This document shows, one piece after another, positions 19,802-29,805 of a stretch of DNA of 64,000 bases. Positions within the stretch are counted from its first letter, which is position 1; each line of letters opens with the position of its first letter. Source of the DNA: Nitrosopumilus sp. (GTDB lineage: Archaea; Thermoproteota; Nitrososphaeria; Nitrososphaerales; Nitrosopumilaceae); assembly GCA_965223425.1 (NCBI GenBank), contig OZ245003.1, positions 384,001 to 448,000 on the forward strand. Direction: 5' to 3'. Below the pieces are notes generated by a model. That model saw only the letters and a list, made by a program, of their open reading frames with translations, was not told where the DNA came from and did not search any database. A program made the translations under genes and the position numbers.

Positions 19802-20737
19802 ATGAAAATTGTTCAAATTGGAACTGGAGGATGGGGTAAAAACCATGCCAGAGTTTTATCAGAATTAGGGGTACTATCTGCTGTATGCGATGCGGACAGT
19901 CAAAGGAGTAAAGAATATGGAGAAAAATATTCTGTAAATCATTATGAATCATTAGATGAATTATTAGGTTCGGAAGAATTTGATGGAGCGTTTGTAGTAA
20001 CGCCAACATCAACTCACACAGAAATTGCAACAAAGTTGTTAGAGACAAAAAAACATGTTTTCATAGAAAAGCCAATTACATACAAATCAGAAGAGGGTGA
20101 AAAACTCGCTAAACTTGCAGAAAAAAATAAAGTAATTCTAACATGTGGGTATGTTGAGAGATTTAATCCGGCAGTAAATGTTGTAAAAAAGTTTGTCAAT
20201 GAAAAGAAATTCGGTGACTTGATGATGCTGGAATTTTATCGAGAAAACAGAGTGTCTCTTCATATCAAAGATGCTGGAATTATTCATGATACTTCGGTTT
20301 GTGATATCGATACTGCGAATTGGTTGTTTGCCGATATGCCTCATGTAGTATTTGCAAGAGCGGGAAAAATAAAGCATGAACATGAGGACTTTGCAAGCAT
20401 TATGCTAGGATACAAAAATGACAGGATTGCAATTATTTCCTCAAACTGGATTACACCAAAAAAAATCAGAAAATTCAATGCAGTGTGTACTGATGCTATA
20501 ATTTCATCGGATTTTATCACTCAGGAAGTTATTGCAGGAAAAAACAATGAATCTGAATCTATTCAAAATGAAAAACAAGAGCCATTATTATTAGAAATTC
20601 AAAGTTTTCTAGGTGCAATTGAAGGTAAGAACGAACTAGTAGTCAAATCACAAGAAGCAGTCAACGTTACAAAGATTGCCGAAGCTGCACTTTTATCTAG
20701 CCAAAAAGGAGTCCCAATCTATCTAGATCTAAAATGA
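19802..20737 (+). CDS. Gfo/Idh/MocA oxidoreductase (nucleotide-sugar dehydrogenase-like)
   Basis: GTGGWG, EKP and ERFNP motifs. Confidence 0.88.
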   Translation: MKIVQIGTGGWGKNHARVLSELGVLSAVCDADSQRSKEYGEKYSVNHYESLDELLGSEEFDGAFVVTPTSTHTEIATKLLETKKHVFIEKPITYKSEEGEKLAKLAEKNKVILTCGYVERFNPAVNVVKKFVNEKKFGDLMMLEFYRENRVSLHIKDAGIIHDTSVCDIDTANWLFADMPHVVFARAGKIKHEHEDFASIMLGYKNDRIAIISSNWITPKKIRKFNAVCTDAIISSDFITQEVIAGKNNESESIQNEKQEPLLLEIQSFLGAIEGKNELVVKSQEAVNVTKIAEAALLSSQKGVPIYLDLK

Positions 20738-21003
20738 ACAAAACAATGATGGACATCTTGGCGTGTCCAATTGATAAAAATCATCCTCTGGAACTATTTG
20801 AGATAAATGAAAAGGATAATGCAGTGTCTGAAGGGGCATTATTCTGCCCAAAATGTTCTAGATTTTATCCGATTATTGAGGAAATTCCAATAATGCTTCC
20901 TGATGAATTAAGAGACAAAAAACAAGAGTTGGAATTTCTAAAAACCAACAGGGATAAACTGCCTGAAAAAATTATTACAAAGGCAAACCCATGGCACCTG
21001 TGA
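20734..21003 (+). CDS. Trm112-family protein
   Basis: MDILACP...LFCPKCSRFYPIIEEIPIML. Confidence 0.9.
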   Translation: MNKTMMDILACPIDKNHPLELFEINEKDNAVSEGALFCPKCSRFYPIIEEIPIMLPDELRDKKQELEFLKTNRDKLPEKIITKANPWHL

Positions 21004-21007
21004 CATA

Positions 21008-21484
21008 ATGGTTACAAATTTTATTTCTGAGAAAGCAAAAATTGGACAAAATGTTCAGATTTGGCATTTTTCATATGTTGGAGACGATGTAGAGATTGGA
21101 GACAATGTCAAGATTGGATCCCTTGCACATGTTGATTACGATGTAAAGATTGGTGAAAATACAAAGATAGAAGGTCAAGCATACATTCCACCACTGTCTA
21201 GGATTGGAAAAAATGTTCTCATTGGTCCAGCAGCTGCACTAACAAACGATCCTTATCCCATGTGTGACAAAATGATGGGAGTTACAATTGAAGACAATGC
21301 CATAATCGGAGCACGTGCAGTAATCCAAGCAGGAGTTACTGTAGGAAAAAATAGCGTTGTGGCAATGGGTGCAGTTGTAACAAGAGACGTTCCAGAAAAC
21401 TCTGTTGTTGTTGGCTCTCCAGCTACAATAAGATACACCAGAGCAGAATACGACAAGAAGCAAAAAGAATGGAAGGAAAGTTAG
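21008..21484 (+). CDS. Hexapeptide-repeat acyltransferase (WbpD-like)
   Basis: Left-handed beta-helix repeats, TNDPYP, VVTRDVP...GSPA. Confidence 0.88.
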   Translation: MVTNFISEKAKIGQNVQIWHFSYVGDDVEIGDNVKIGSLAHVDYDVKIGENTKIEGQAYIPPLSRIGKNVLIGPAAALTNDPYPMCDKMMGVTIEDNAIIGARAVIQAGVTVGKNSVVAMGAVVTRDVPENSVVVGSPATIRYTRAEYDKKQKEWKES

Positions 21485-21709
21485 GATTTTATCTCTTTTC
21501 TGAAAATCCAGTTTTTTAATTTAGACAAAACTAAAATCCACATTACAACTAGAACAATTGCAACCACTGCTTTGATTACATAACCAACAAACCAATCAAG
21601 TTCACCAAAGCCAGTAATCGAAATTGGTCCCAGTATTGTGACAACAATTCCACCTCCAGCAAGTATCAAAATCCATTGCAAACAAAAATACAAAAAGACT
21701 AGACCTCAA
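21481..21709 (-). CDS. Small two-TM membrane protein, possibly frameshifted near its 5' end
   Basis: TTG start MRSSLFVFLFAM continues in another frame as ILILAGGGIVVTILGP...KNWIFRKEIKS. Confidence 0.5.
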
Positions 21710-21885
21710 AGAGAAACCCCACATATCCGCCGGGTCTGGCAAACCATTACATCGCCTTTTTTGTTCATGTCTTTTACTGTAAGATTTCTTTTTTTGAGAA
21801 ATACGATCAGGGGCGGAGTTGATAGAAATACAACAAAAAATGCGACTAGGCAAGAAGCTATTGCTGGAAGTACTAATTCAATCAA
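21706..21885 (-). pseudogene. Truncated MraY/GPT (AglH-like) UDP-GlcNAc-1-P transferase, N-terminus only
   Basis: MIELVLPAIASCLVAFFVVFLSTPPLIVFLKKRNLTVKDMNKKGDVMV, then ARPGG in a shifted frame (D.NK...V...GG motif); remainder absent. Confidence 0.7.
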
Positions 21886-24012
21886 CTATCTAACCTTCCG
21901 TAATTCGGACTTTATGTTATCTGCAAGGGTTGAACCAATTTTATCTATCTCTGCTAATTTATTCACTGGAATCTTTGCCAAATCATCTAGATTCTTAATT
22001 TTGTGTTTGTAGAGGATCCTGGCCCTAACTCGTCCAATCCCTTTGACTCTAACAAGTTCCAATAATTCCTCTCTAATTCCATAAACGATTCTTTTTCTTA
22101 GATTATCAAGATCCTCAAGCAAATCAGCTCTCTCAATGTGCCTTGAAATCTCCCTGAGACAATATGAAAGCCAATTTGCCGTTTCTGCCATCCTGTGCAT
22201 GTCTCCGGACTCGATTCCGAGGCCATCGGAGAGGGACAATTCTGTGGATTCAGTCACCCAAGCATGCAAAGCCAAAAGACTGCGTGAGCAATCATACTCT
22301 GAGATTGGCTCGAGCAACTCTGAGGAGTTATTTTCTATCAAAAGGCTTGCAGATTCATAGTCCCTTTGCCGAAGCGAGAATTTGGGGAAAAACTCCTCAC
22401 AGTTTGAAATCAGATGGAGATATCCAAACGTGTGTTTTCTTCCTTGGGATGCATTTTTAATTGCATCCCTAAAGTGTGTTGCAGTTAACGGATCAATGTA
22501 CAGTACTGATGTCTTTTTTCCAAATTCAGTAGCAGCATATCTCTCACCTTTTTTGACTATCAGGCATTCACTTGAAAGAAAACGCAGCGAGATATCAATT
22601 GCAAATTTTATTGTGGGTTTTCTTGATTGCAGTCCTCCCAATGTCTGCAAAAAGAATTCCAGGATCTCACCTTTTTTGATTCCAGGATTTGTGGCTACGA
22701 CGCTGAGTACGTGAGTACGTAAGGACTTGTCGTCTGCTATCTTGGAAACTATTGGTTCTGGCTCCCCATTAACGTAGTGATCAATTAGATCTTCAGCGTT
22801 TCCGTTTCCAACAATTATTGATTCACCGTAATCATCAAACTGTGGCCTTCCAGCCCTGCCACAGAGTTGCTTATACTCTAAGATGCTAATCGGTCTGTTT
22901 GCCCCAACTTTGGCGTTATACCTGTTAACATTTGAAATTACAACCCTTCTTGCAGGTAGATTCACCCCTGCAGCCAGAGTTGGCGTAGATGACAGTAGCT
23001 TTATTGATCCCTTGCGAAATTCTGTCTCTATTGTTTCCCTGCAGTTTTGATTTAACCCTGCATGGTGAAATGCAACTCCTTTTTTTACAAGAACTGCCAA
23101 TGTTTTGATTAACTCTGTATGCTCATTTTCAGATAGGAGTTTTTTTGAAGTTTTTGCCAACTCTTTCAAATCTTTTTTTTCTAAAATTTGAGAGATAGCG
23201 TCTGCTGCTTTTGTTGCAAGGGATTTTGAGCGAGTTCTAGTCTCTGCAAACACTAGGGACTGACCTCCGTCTTTTACTGACTGCACGCCTAAATCAATAG
23301 GAGTTCCACGTATACTGCGCTTGATCTCAAAGGTTTTACCATCATTCATGGTAACCTTGCCTGCATCACACACTCCTTCAGATAACGGAACTGGCCTCCA
23401 GTCGTTTTTTACCAGACTGCAATCAAGCCAATCTGCAATCTTGTCTGAATTTGTGATTGTAGCACTGAGACCTACAATCTGCGGCTTTGGTTTTAATAGT
23501 TTCAGTTGCGTAAGAATCATCTCAAGTGTCGGGCCGCGATTTTCATCTCCAATCAAATGAACTTCATCGGCAATTACAAGTCCGATCTCTTCAATCCATT
23601 CAGCACCGTGCCGAATAATAGAATCCATTTTTTCATTAGTTAAAATTAATACATTGTTTTTTTCCAGCTTCTTTTCCAGATTTTCAAAATCCCCAATAGA
23701 GATACCAACTTTTACTTTTTTTCCGATAGCGACTTTTTCTAACTTTTTAAACTCTGAGAATTTTTCAGCAGCTAGTGCACGTAACGGACTGAGATAGATT
23801 ACCCTGCCATTGTTTTTAGAAAGATAGTTAATCATGCCAAGCATCGCAATCAAAGTCTTTCCGCTTGCAGTAGGAGAAGAAACTAGAATGCTTTTTCCAT
23901 CTAATAGTCCAGATTTTACGCTATCTGCCTGCGGAGGATATAATTTCTCAAATCCTTGTGATTGTAAAAACTCGATTGCAGAATCAGGAATGTCTAATTT
24001 CTCTATTTTCAT
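21886..24012 (-). CDS. hel308: Ski2-like DNA helicase Hel308
   Basis: PTASGKT, DEVH, LSAT, TLAAGVNLPA, GRAGRP; C-terminal HhH. Confidence 0.95.
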   Translation of the reverse strand: MKIEKLDIPDSAIEFLQSQGFEKLYPPQADSVKSGLLDGKSILVSSPTASGKTLIAMLGMINYLSKNNGRVIYLSPLRALAAEKFSEFKKLEKVAIGKKVKVGISIGDFENLEKKLEKNNVLILTNEKMDSIIRHGAEWIEEIGLVIADEVHLIGDENRGPTLEMILTQLKLLKPKPQIVGLSATITNSDKIADWLDCSLVKNDWRPVPLSEGVCDAGKVTMNDGKTFEIKRSIRGTPIDLGVQSVKDGGQSLVFAETRTRSKSLATKAADAISQILEKKDLKELAKTSKKLLSENEHTELIKTLAVLVKKGVAFHHAGLNQNCRETIETEFRKGSIKLLSSTPTLAAGVNLPARRVVISNVNRYNAKVGANRPISILEYKQLCGRAGRPQFDDYGESIIVGNGNAEDLIDHYVNGEPEPIVSKIADDKSLRTHVLSVVATNPGIKKGEILEFFLQTLGGLQSRKPTIKFAIDISLRFLSSECLIVKKGERYAATEFGKKTSVLYIDPLTATHFRDAIKNASQGRKHTFGYLHLISNCEEFFPKFSLRQRDYESASLLIENNSSELLEPISEYDCSRSLLALHAWVTESTELSLSDGLGIESGDMHRMAETANWLSYCLREISRHIERADLLEDLDNLRKRIVYGIREELLELVRVKGIGRVRARILYKHKIKNLDDLAKIPVNKLAEIDKIGSTLADNIKSELRKVR

Positions 24013-26096
24013 ACTCGGTTATAATGACCGGGTTTTGATTCATAAATAGATGCTTCTCTGAGCATTCTTCTGATATAGTTTCTTGCCTCCTCTTCAGTGA
24101 ATTTTTCAGTCTTTTCAAGTTCTTTTACAAACGTCCTCTCCTCAACTGCCACCTTGTTGTCCCCTTCAAGGCTCTTGAGTACATCCATGAATAACTGCAT
24201 CTTTGAGACCTCGCTTCTTGGCTTTCCTTGCAGTACTCCAAGGTCTACCTTTCCAGTATTGACATCAACTCCTGCATTTTGTAGCATGTTCTGAATAAGG
24301 AAGATTGCACGCTCGGCATCCTCTTCTTCAACCCTGTCTTTCATGAGCAGCCTTGCCCTGGCAGTTGAGAGTCTGATAATTCCCTCCAGCTGTCTTGGTG
24401 TAACTGTAATCATCTCTTCGGATTCCACGTTTCTCATCTGGAGATAGTAATCAAGGATTTTTTCTTCTGCTTCTTTTGTCAAGTCAGGAGTTCCACGTTT
24501 TGCATATGCAAGATACTTTGTTAGCAAGTCAACGTCAATCACAGAGCGTTGGTCGGTTCCTTGCGGAGTATGCAACTCAATAATGTGTCTTGCAATCCTT
24601 TCATCTTTTTCCTTAGTTGGAATATCCCTTACAACAAATATCAAGTCAAATCTTGTAAGCAGTGGAATTGGCAAGTTTACGTTTTCTGTAATGTTTTTGA
24701 AAGGATCATATTTTCCGTACATTGGGTTTGCAGCAGCTAAAATTGAGGTTCTAGCGTTTAATGTAGCTACAATACCGCCTTTTGCAATACTTGCAGATTG
24801 CTGCTCCATGACTTCGTGCAATGCACTTCTGTCTTCTGGTTTCATCTTGTCAAATTCGTCTATACTTACTAGTCCCTGGTCTCCAAGCACAACAGCACCA
24901 GCTTCCAACATCATGATTCCGGTTTTGTCTTTAACAACAGCGGCTGTAAGTCCTGCAGCAGTAGAGCCCCTGCCAGATGTGTACAGTCCTCTTGGTGCAA
25001 TTCTTGCACAGAACTTTAACATCTCAGATTTTGCAGTACCGGGATCCCCCACCAGAAACACGTTAATGTCTCCTCTAATCTTACTTCCATCACCTAGCAG
25101 TCTTTGATTTGAACCAACAATTAGTAACAAAATGGCTTCTTTGATCAGTGATTGACCTTGAATGTGCGGAGCAAATGAATCAATCAATCTTTGATACACG
25201 TCATGACTGTTACCTAGTGCATGAATCAGTTTTTCTTCCTCAGGTGAGATTTCCTCTCTTTCTATTTTTCTTGATGTCTTGGCGCCACGCCCGCCTAAGA
25301 ATTCAATGTTGTTTCCCTCAATTCTTAATCTGTATAATCCACTATGGCCACGCTGAACTCCTGAAACGGATTCTTGCTCAATTCTGACTATGCCTGTAAG
25401 GATGATTCTGTCTCCTGGACGTGCATTGTCGACTAAATCCTGCCTAATTGTGACATCAATGTAGTGGGGAAGTTGTCCTGGGGGTAAATCCTCGGGAAGC
25501 TCCTGTAATCTGAGAATCTGAAAATCGATAAACTTGCTTGCTTCTGGTTTTAGCTCAAAGTCTCTATGTTTACAGTTTGGGTTATCACACACTACTGGAA
25601 TTTTTACATCCATTCCCTTTAGCTGATATACCTTGGTTGGATGCTCATCAGGACATACAAAGACTAGTTCTTTTGCAAGTGGTTTTACCTCTGATGCTCT
25701 AACCACCATTCCTGAAACACTGGTAATTCTTCCAATGGTTTCAGCATTGATTTGTCTGAGACTTCGCTCAAGTGGATAGTTTACTAGTCTGACACGAACC
25801 TCGTCTTTTATCTTCTCAGCGTAATCAGGAAATCTTGTTTGCAATGCTTCTTTGATTGCCCTTGAGAACGCATCAAATATTCTATCGGGATTTTCAGAAA
25901 AGATTGTCTCAATTTCTGGCTCGTACACCAAGTCATTGTAATCAACGATGATGTATTTTGCATTCTTTGGCATCATCTCATCGATTGCCTCTACGTACTT
26001 GTAGCTGCCAGACTTGTCTTTGAATCGAGTTAAGAATTCTTTTACCCTGTCTGATAATGCGGAATCTGTAAATGTACTAGTCTGAACTTTGCTCAT
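24009..26096 (-). CDS. mcm: Replicative helicase MCM
   Basis: GDPGTAKS, IDEFDKM, AAANP and TRFD motifs; no intein. Confidence 0.97.
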   Translation of the reverse strand: MSKVQTSTFTDSALSDRVKEFLTRFKDKSGSYKYVEAIDEMMPKNAKYIIVDYNDLVYEPEIETIFSENPDRIFDAFSRAIKEALQTRFPDYAEKIKDEVRVRLVNYPLERSLRQINAETIGRITSVSGMVVRASEVKPLAKELVFVCPDEHPTKVYQLKGMDVKIPVVCDNPNCKHRDFELKPEASKFIDFQILRLQELPEDLPPGQLPHYIDVTIRQDLVDNARPGDRIILTGIVRIEQESVSGVQRGHSGLYRLRIEGNNIEFLGGRGAKTSRKIEREEISPEEEKLIHALGNSHDVYQRLIDSFAPHIQGQSLIKEAILLLIVGSNQRLLGDGSKIRGDINVFLVGDPGTAKSEMLKFCARIAPRGLYTSGRGSTAAGLTAAVVKDKTGIMMLEAGAVVLGDQGLVSIDEFDKMKPEDRSALHEVMEQQSASIAKGGIVATLNARTSILAAANPMYGKYDPFKNITENVNLPIPLLTRFDLIFVVRDIPTKEKDERIARHIIELHTPQGTDQRSVIDVDLLTKYLAYAKRGTPDLTKEAEEKILDYYLQMRNVESEEMITVTPRQLEGIIRLSTARARLLMKDRVEEEDAERAIFLIQNMLQNAGVDVNTGKVDLGVLQGKPRSEVSKMQLFMDVLKSLEGDNKVAVEERTFVKELEKTEKFTEEEARNYIRRMLREASIYESKPGHYNRV

Positions 26097-26607
26097 CGGT
26101 GTCTCCTCTTATTTGCTTTTCAAACTCTACGCTATTCTCATGGATGGTTTTGTAAAAGACGTTTTCTTCAACAGTTAGTTTGTTGTAGAGTTCAGAATTT
26201 AGTTTAATGGAATCTGCTATCTTTACTAGCTTGCCCCGTCTCATTCTAAATAATTCTAGCATGATGCTTTCAACTTTATCAAAGTCATGTTGATTCAACT
26301 CCTTCATGGATTCTTTTAGTTTGATGTAAAAGTGAGGCTCTAGTGTTGAGATTTGGTATTCACCAACCATCTTCTCTTTGGATAGTGCTTGTTTTAGTTC
26401 AGTAATCATATCTGGAGAATCCACTGCTGCCAAGTTGTTATCAGAGAGAATCTTTCCAACCCACTGAGGCATGTTGTTTACATCACCCTGCTTGCCTTCA
26501 GTCTTGATTCCTGCCACATTGAATTTAAAATCCTGATTAACTGTAACCTTAGTATCCTTTAGGCGGTTTCCAATCGAGTGTACTTTTTCTACGTTATCTG
26601 TTTCCAT
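26077..26607 (-). CDS. GINS complex subunit (Gins23-like)
   Basis: Directly upstream of mcm; LEPHFY, RRGKL and LTVEE motifs. Confidence 0.85.
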   Translation of the reverse strand: METDNVEKVHSIGNRLKDTKVTVNQDFKFNVAGIKTEGKQGDVNNMPQWVGKILSDNNLAAVDSPDMITELKQALSKEKMVGEYQISTLEPHFYIKLKESMKELNQHDFDKVESIMLELFRMRRGKLVKIADSIKLNSELYNKLTVEENVFYKTIHENSVEFEKQIRGDTDEQSSD

Positions 26608-26611
26608 GCGA

Positions 26612-26707
26612 GATCTTCATCATCCTACGGATCCTCAAGAATCGGATCGATCAATTCTGTTAACAATTTAGTGAGATCAATTGATCCTAATTAATTTCAG
26701 GCTGATC
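26612..26707. promoter_or_regulatory. Cluster of 7 GATC sites in the divergent gins-mcm/rfcS intergenic region
   Basis: GATC at 26612, 26630, 26645, 26649, 26675, 26683 and 26704. Confidence 0.6.
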
Positions 26708-26777
26708 GCTGGTAAATTATGGCACGGCTGAGTTTTAATTTGCAGTATATGATATAATAACCAATTCGGATTTATTA

Positions 26778-27752
26778 ATGGGAATTGAACCTAATGAATT
26801 CATGTCAGCATCAGGTATGTGGGTGGAAAAATATCGCCCAGCAAAACTCTCAGAGATTGTAAACCAGACTGAAATTATTGGCAGTCTTGAGGCGTTAATC
26901 AAGGATCCTACAGATATGCCTCACTTGTTGTTTTCAGGATCTGCAGGAGTTGGAAAGACAACTACAGCATTATGTCTTACAAGACAAGTTTTGGGAGATT
27001 ATTTTAAAGACTACACTTTAGAGCTAAATGCATCAGACGAGAGAGGAATTGGAATGGTCAGAGAAAAGGTAAAGAAATTCTCAAGATTTGCAGGGATGGC
27101 AGATGTCCCATTCAAGATTATAATTTTAGATGAAGCAGACGAGATGACATCAGATGCTCAAACCGCATTAAGACGAATCATAGAAGACGCTGCAAAAATT
27201 TGTCGATTTATTCTGATTGCAAACAATGTATCAAAAATTATTGAGCCCATCCAAAGCAGATGTGCTGCTTTCAAGTTCACATCAGTTCCTGAAGAGGATG
27301 TAGTTTCTAGACTAGAAGAGATTGCCAACAAAGAGAAAGTAAAAGCAGACAAGAAAGGCCTCAAGGCAATTTATGATTATTCAGAAGGAGATTTGAGGCA
27401 TGCCATAAATCTGATGCAGGCAACTGCAAGTCTTGGTGGAATCACCGAAGGGAACGTAAAGTCCTCAGCCGGTCTGACAAAAACCAGTGACGTTGGTGAT
27501 GTTCTAAAAATCGCACTGTCTGGAAAAGTACCAGAAGCAAGAGAGAAGATGATAGAGTTGATCAAAGTTTATGGAATGTCCGAATCTGACTTTCTCAAAT
27601 ATCTCAGTTCTGCCGTCTTCAAATCAAAATATGCCAAACTATCTGAAATTCTAAAAGTAATTGCAAAATATGATTATAGGATCCTAGTTGGAGCAAACTC
27701 TGAAATCCAGTTATCTGCAATGCTGGCAGAGATTGCAAATCTAGAAAATTAA
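26778..27752 (+). CDS. rfcS: Replication factor C small subunit
   Basis: WVEKYRP, GVGKTT, ELNASDERG, DEAD, IQSRC, GDLR. Confidence 0.96.
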   Translation: MGIEPNEFMSASGMWVEKYRPAKLSEIVNQTEIIGSLEALIKDPTDMPHLLFSGSAGVGKTTTALCLTRQVLGDYFKDYTLELNASDERGIGMVREKVKKFSRFAGMADVPFKIIILDEADEMTSDAQTALRRIIEDAAKICRFILIANNVSKIIEPIQSRCAAFKFTSVPEEDVVSRLEEIANKEKVKADKKGLKAIYDYSEGDLRHAINLMQATASLGGITEGNVKSSAGLTKTSDVGDVLKIALSGKVPEAREKMIELIKVYGMSESDFLKYLSSAVFKSKYAKLSEILKVIAKYDYRILVGANSEIQLSAMLAEIANLEN

Positions 27753-27755
27753 AAA

Positions 27756-27839
27756 CGCAGAGAGAGGGATTTGAACCCCCGTATGCTTGCGCACACAGGC
27801 TCTCAAGGCCCGCGCCCTACCGAGCTAGGCGACCTCTGC
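27756..27839 (-). tRNA. tRNA-Ser(TGA)
   Basis: Anticodon loop CTTGAGA; long variable arm; discriminator G. Confidence 0.9.
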
Positions 27840-27912
27840 AAAAAGTAGAGCAAAAACGTGATTAAAATTTGTTGATATAAAATAGAAAAATAAGAAAAAA
27901 GAAAAAATTTCT

Positions 27913-28458
27913 TTAATCGTGTGCGTGTGGGTTGCCGCCGCCTTCCATTTTTACAAATGTGCCATCGGCTTTTTCATGCCATTCCAAGTTAGCCGCTTCA
28001 ATTCTAATTGCACCTTCAGGACAGATTTCTTGACATGCCATACAAACGGTACAATCATGTTCTCTGATTGGCTGTGATTTGTCTGTATAATCTAATCTTT
28101 CATCTTGTTCTGTTAGACCAGTACCATCAAAAGTCTCTCCCAAGCAGTCAGCTGCTGGAATATCTTTTTCGGTTCTGTACCATTGGAATGTTTGAACAGG
28201 GCATACACTAAAGCATGAACCTGCCGCAACGCATGAATCCCAATCGACTGCAACAGTAGTCCCATGAATTCCAAGAGGAACTTGTTTTTCTCCTCTTTCT
28301 TCATAAGCTGCTTTTACATCATCGTTTGAGAATGCTGCACCGTTTTTGTTACCTTTGCCCCAGATAAAGTGCTTGTTTTCACCATCGGAATGACTTGTCT
28401 TTCCTACCGGCTTTACGTCATTGTGACAAAAGTCTTCTGGTATTACTAGATCTACCAT
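27913..28458 (-). CDS. Zinc-containing-type (Zfx-like) dicluster ferredoxin
   Basis: CVAAGSCFSVCP and CTVCMACQEICP motifs; N-terminal extension. Confidence 0.9.
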   Translation of the reverse strand: MVDLVIPEDFCHNDVKPVGKTSHSDGENKHFIWGKGNKNGAAFSNDDVKAAYEERGEKQVPLGIHGTTVAVDWDSCVAAGSCFSVCPVQTFQWYRTEKDIPAADCLGETFDGTGLTEQDERLDYTDKSQPIREHDCTVCMACQEICPEGAIRIEAANLEWHEKADGTFVKMEGGGNPHAHD

Positions 28459-28519
28459 GATGACATTGTTTCCAAATATTATTTAAAGCTAGACAAAATT
28501 AGTCATGACTAAACTAATT

Positions 28520-29014
<495 letters not shown>

Positions 29015-29139
29015 TCAATTTCGATTTAGATATTATTTAAATCTAGACAGACAAGAGTAGGAACGTTTTATCATCTTGAGATCAATTACGAAGGAACAAT
29101 TTCCTTACGTTCATAAGCAATACACGATCAATTTTGGGA

Positions 29140-29805
29140 ATGGATATTTTCAAATCCGATGTGTATAGGGGACCAAACCTTGGAGTATACATTAGAGTCA
29201 ATGATGAGAAGGTCCTAGTTCCAATGGGGTATGCTGAATCAAAAGCAGAAAAACTTGGAAAATATTTTGATGCAGATATCTTGTACACGTCAGTTGCAAA
29301 CACCAGACTAATTGGTGCATTATGTATTATGAACAACAAAGGAATACTGCTGCCAAAGACGGCTTACCAGAATGAATACGATTTGTTAAAAAAAGAGACA
29401 GGCTTGGAGGTTGGTGTTTTGGATTCAAAGTTTACTGCATTAGGAAATGTGATTTGTGCAAATGACAAGGGAGCAGTAGTGTCTCCGTGGCTTTCTTCTA
29501 GTGATTGCGATGCCGTTCAAGATGTTTTGGGAGTTGAAGTTATTCAGAAAAGAATTGCAGGATTTAATCAGACCGGAGTGGTTTTGGTTGCAAACAATTC
29601 GGGTGCTGCAGTTCATCCAGAAGCTGACGAGGAGGACATGAAGACTTTTGCCAATCTGCTAGGCGTAAAAATCGAGCAGAGCTCAATTAATAACGGAATT
29701 CCGTATGTCTCATCTGGGATTTTAGCAAATAATCACGCGCTAGTTGTGGGATCTTTAACTACAGGCCCTGAAATTATGATGCTGACTAGAGCTTTTCTAA
29801 ACTAA
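29140..29805 (+). CDS. eif6: Translation initiation factor aIF6
   Basis: PNLGVY...ALGNVICAND.GA...GILANN...GSLTTGPE; start placed at MDIFK. Confidence 0.92.
   Translation: MDIFKSDVYRGPNLGVYIRVNDEKVLVPMGYAESKAEKLGKYFDADILYTSVANTRLIGALCIMNNKGILLPKTAYQNEYDLLKKETGLEVGVLDSKFTALGNVICANDKGAVVSPWLSSSDCDAVQDVLGVEVIQKRIAGFNQTGVVLVANNSGAAVHPEADEEDMKTFANLLGVKIEQSSINNGIPYVSSGILANNHALVVGSLTTGPEIMMLTRAFLN

Noticed and set aside
26608-26777. Canonical archaeal replication origin
   Set aside because: No orc1/cdc6 gene or recognisable ORB boxes; only the GATC cluster is reported.
24009-27752. Inteins in MCM or RFC
   Set aside because: Both proteins are of standard length with contiguous motifs.
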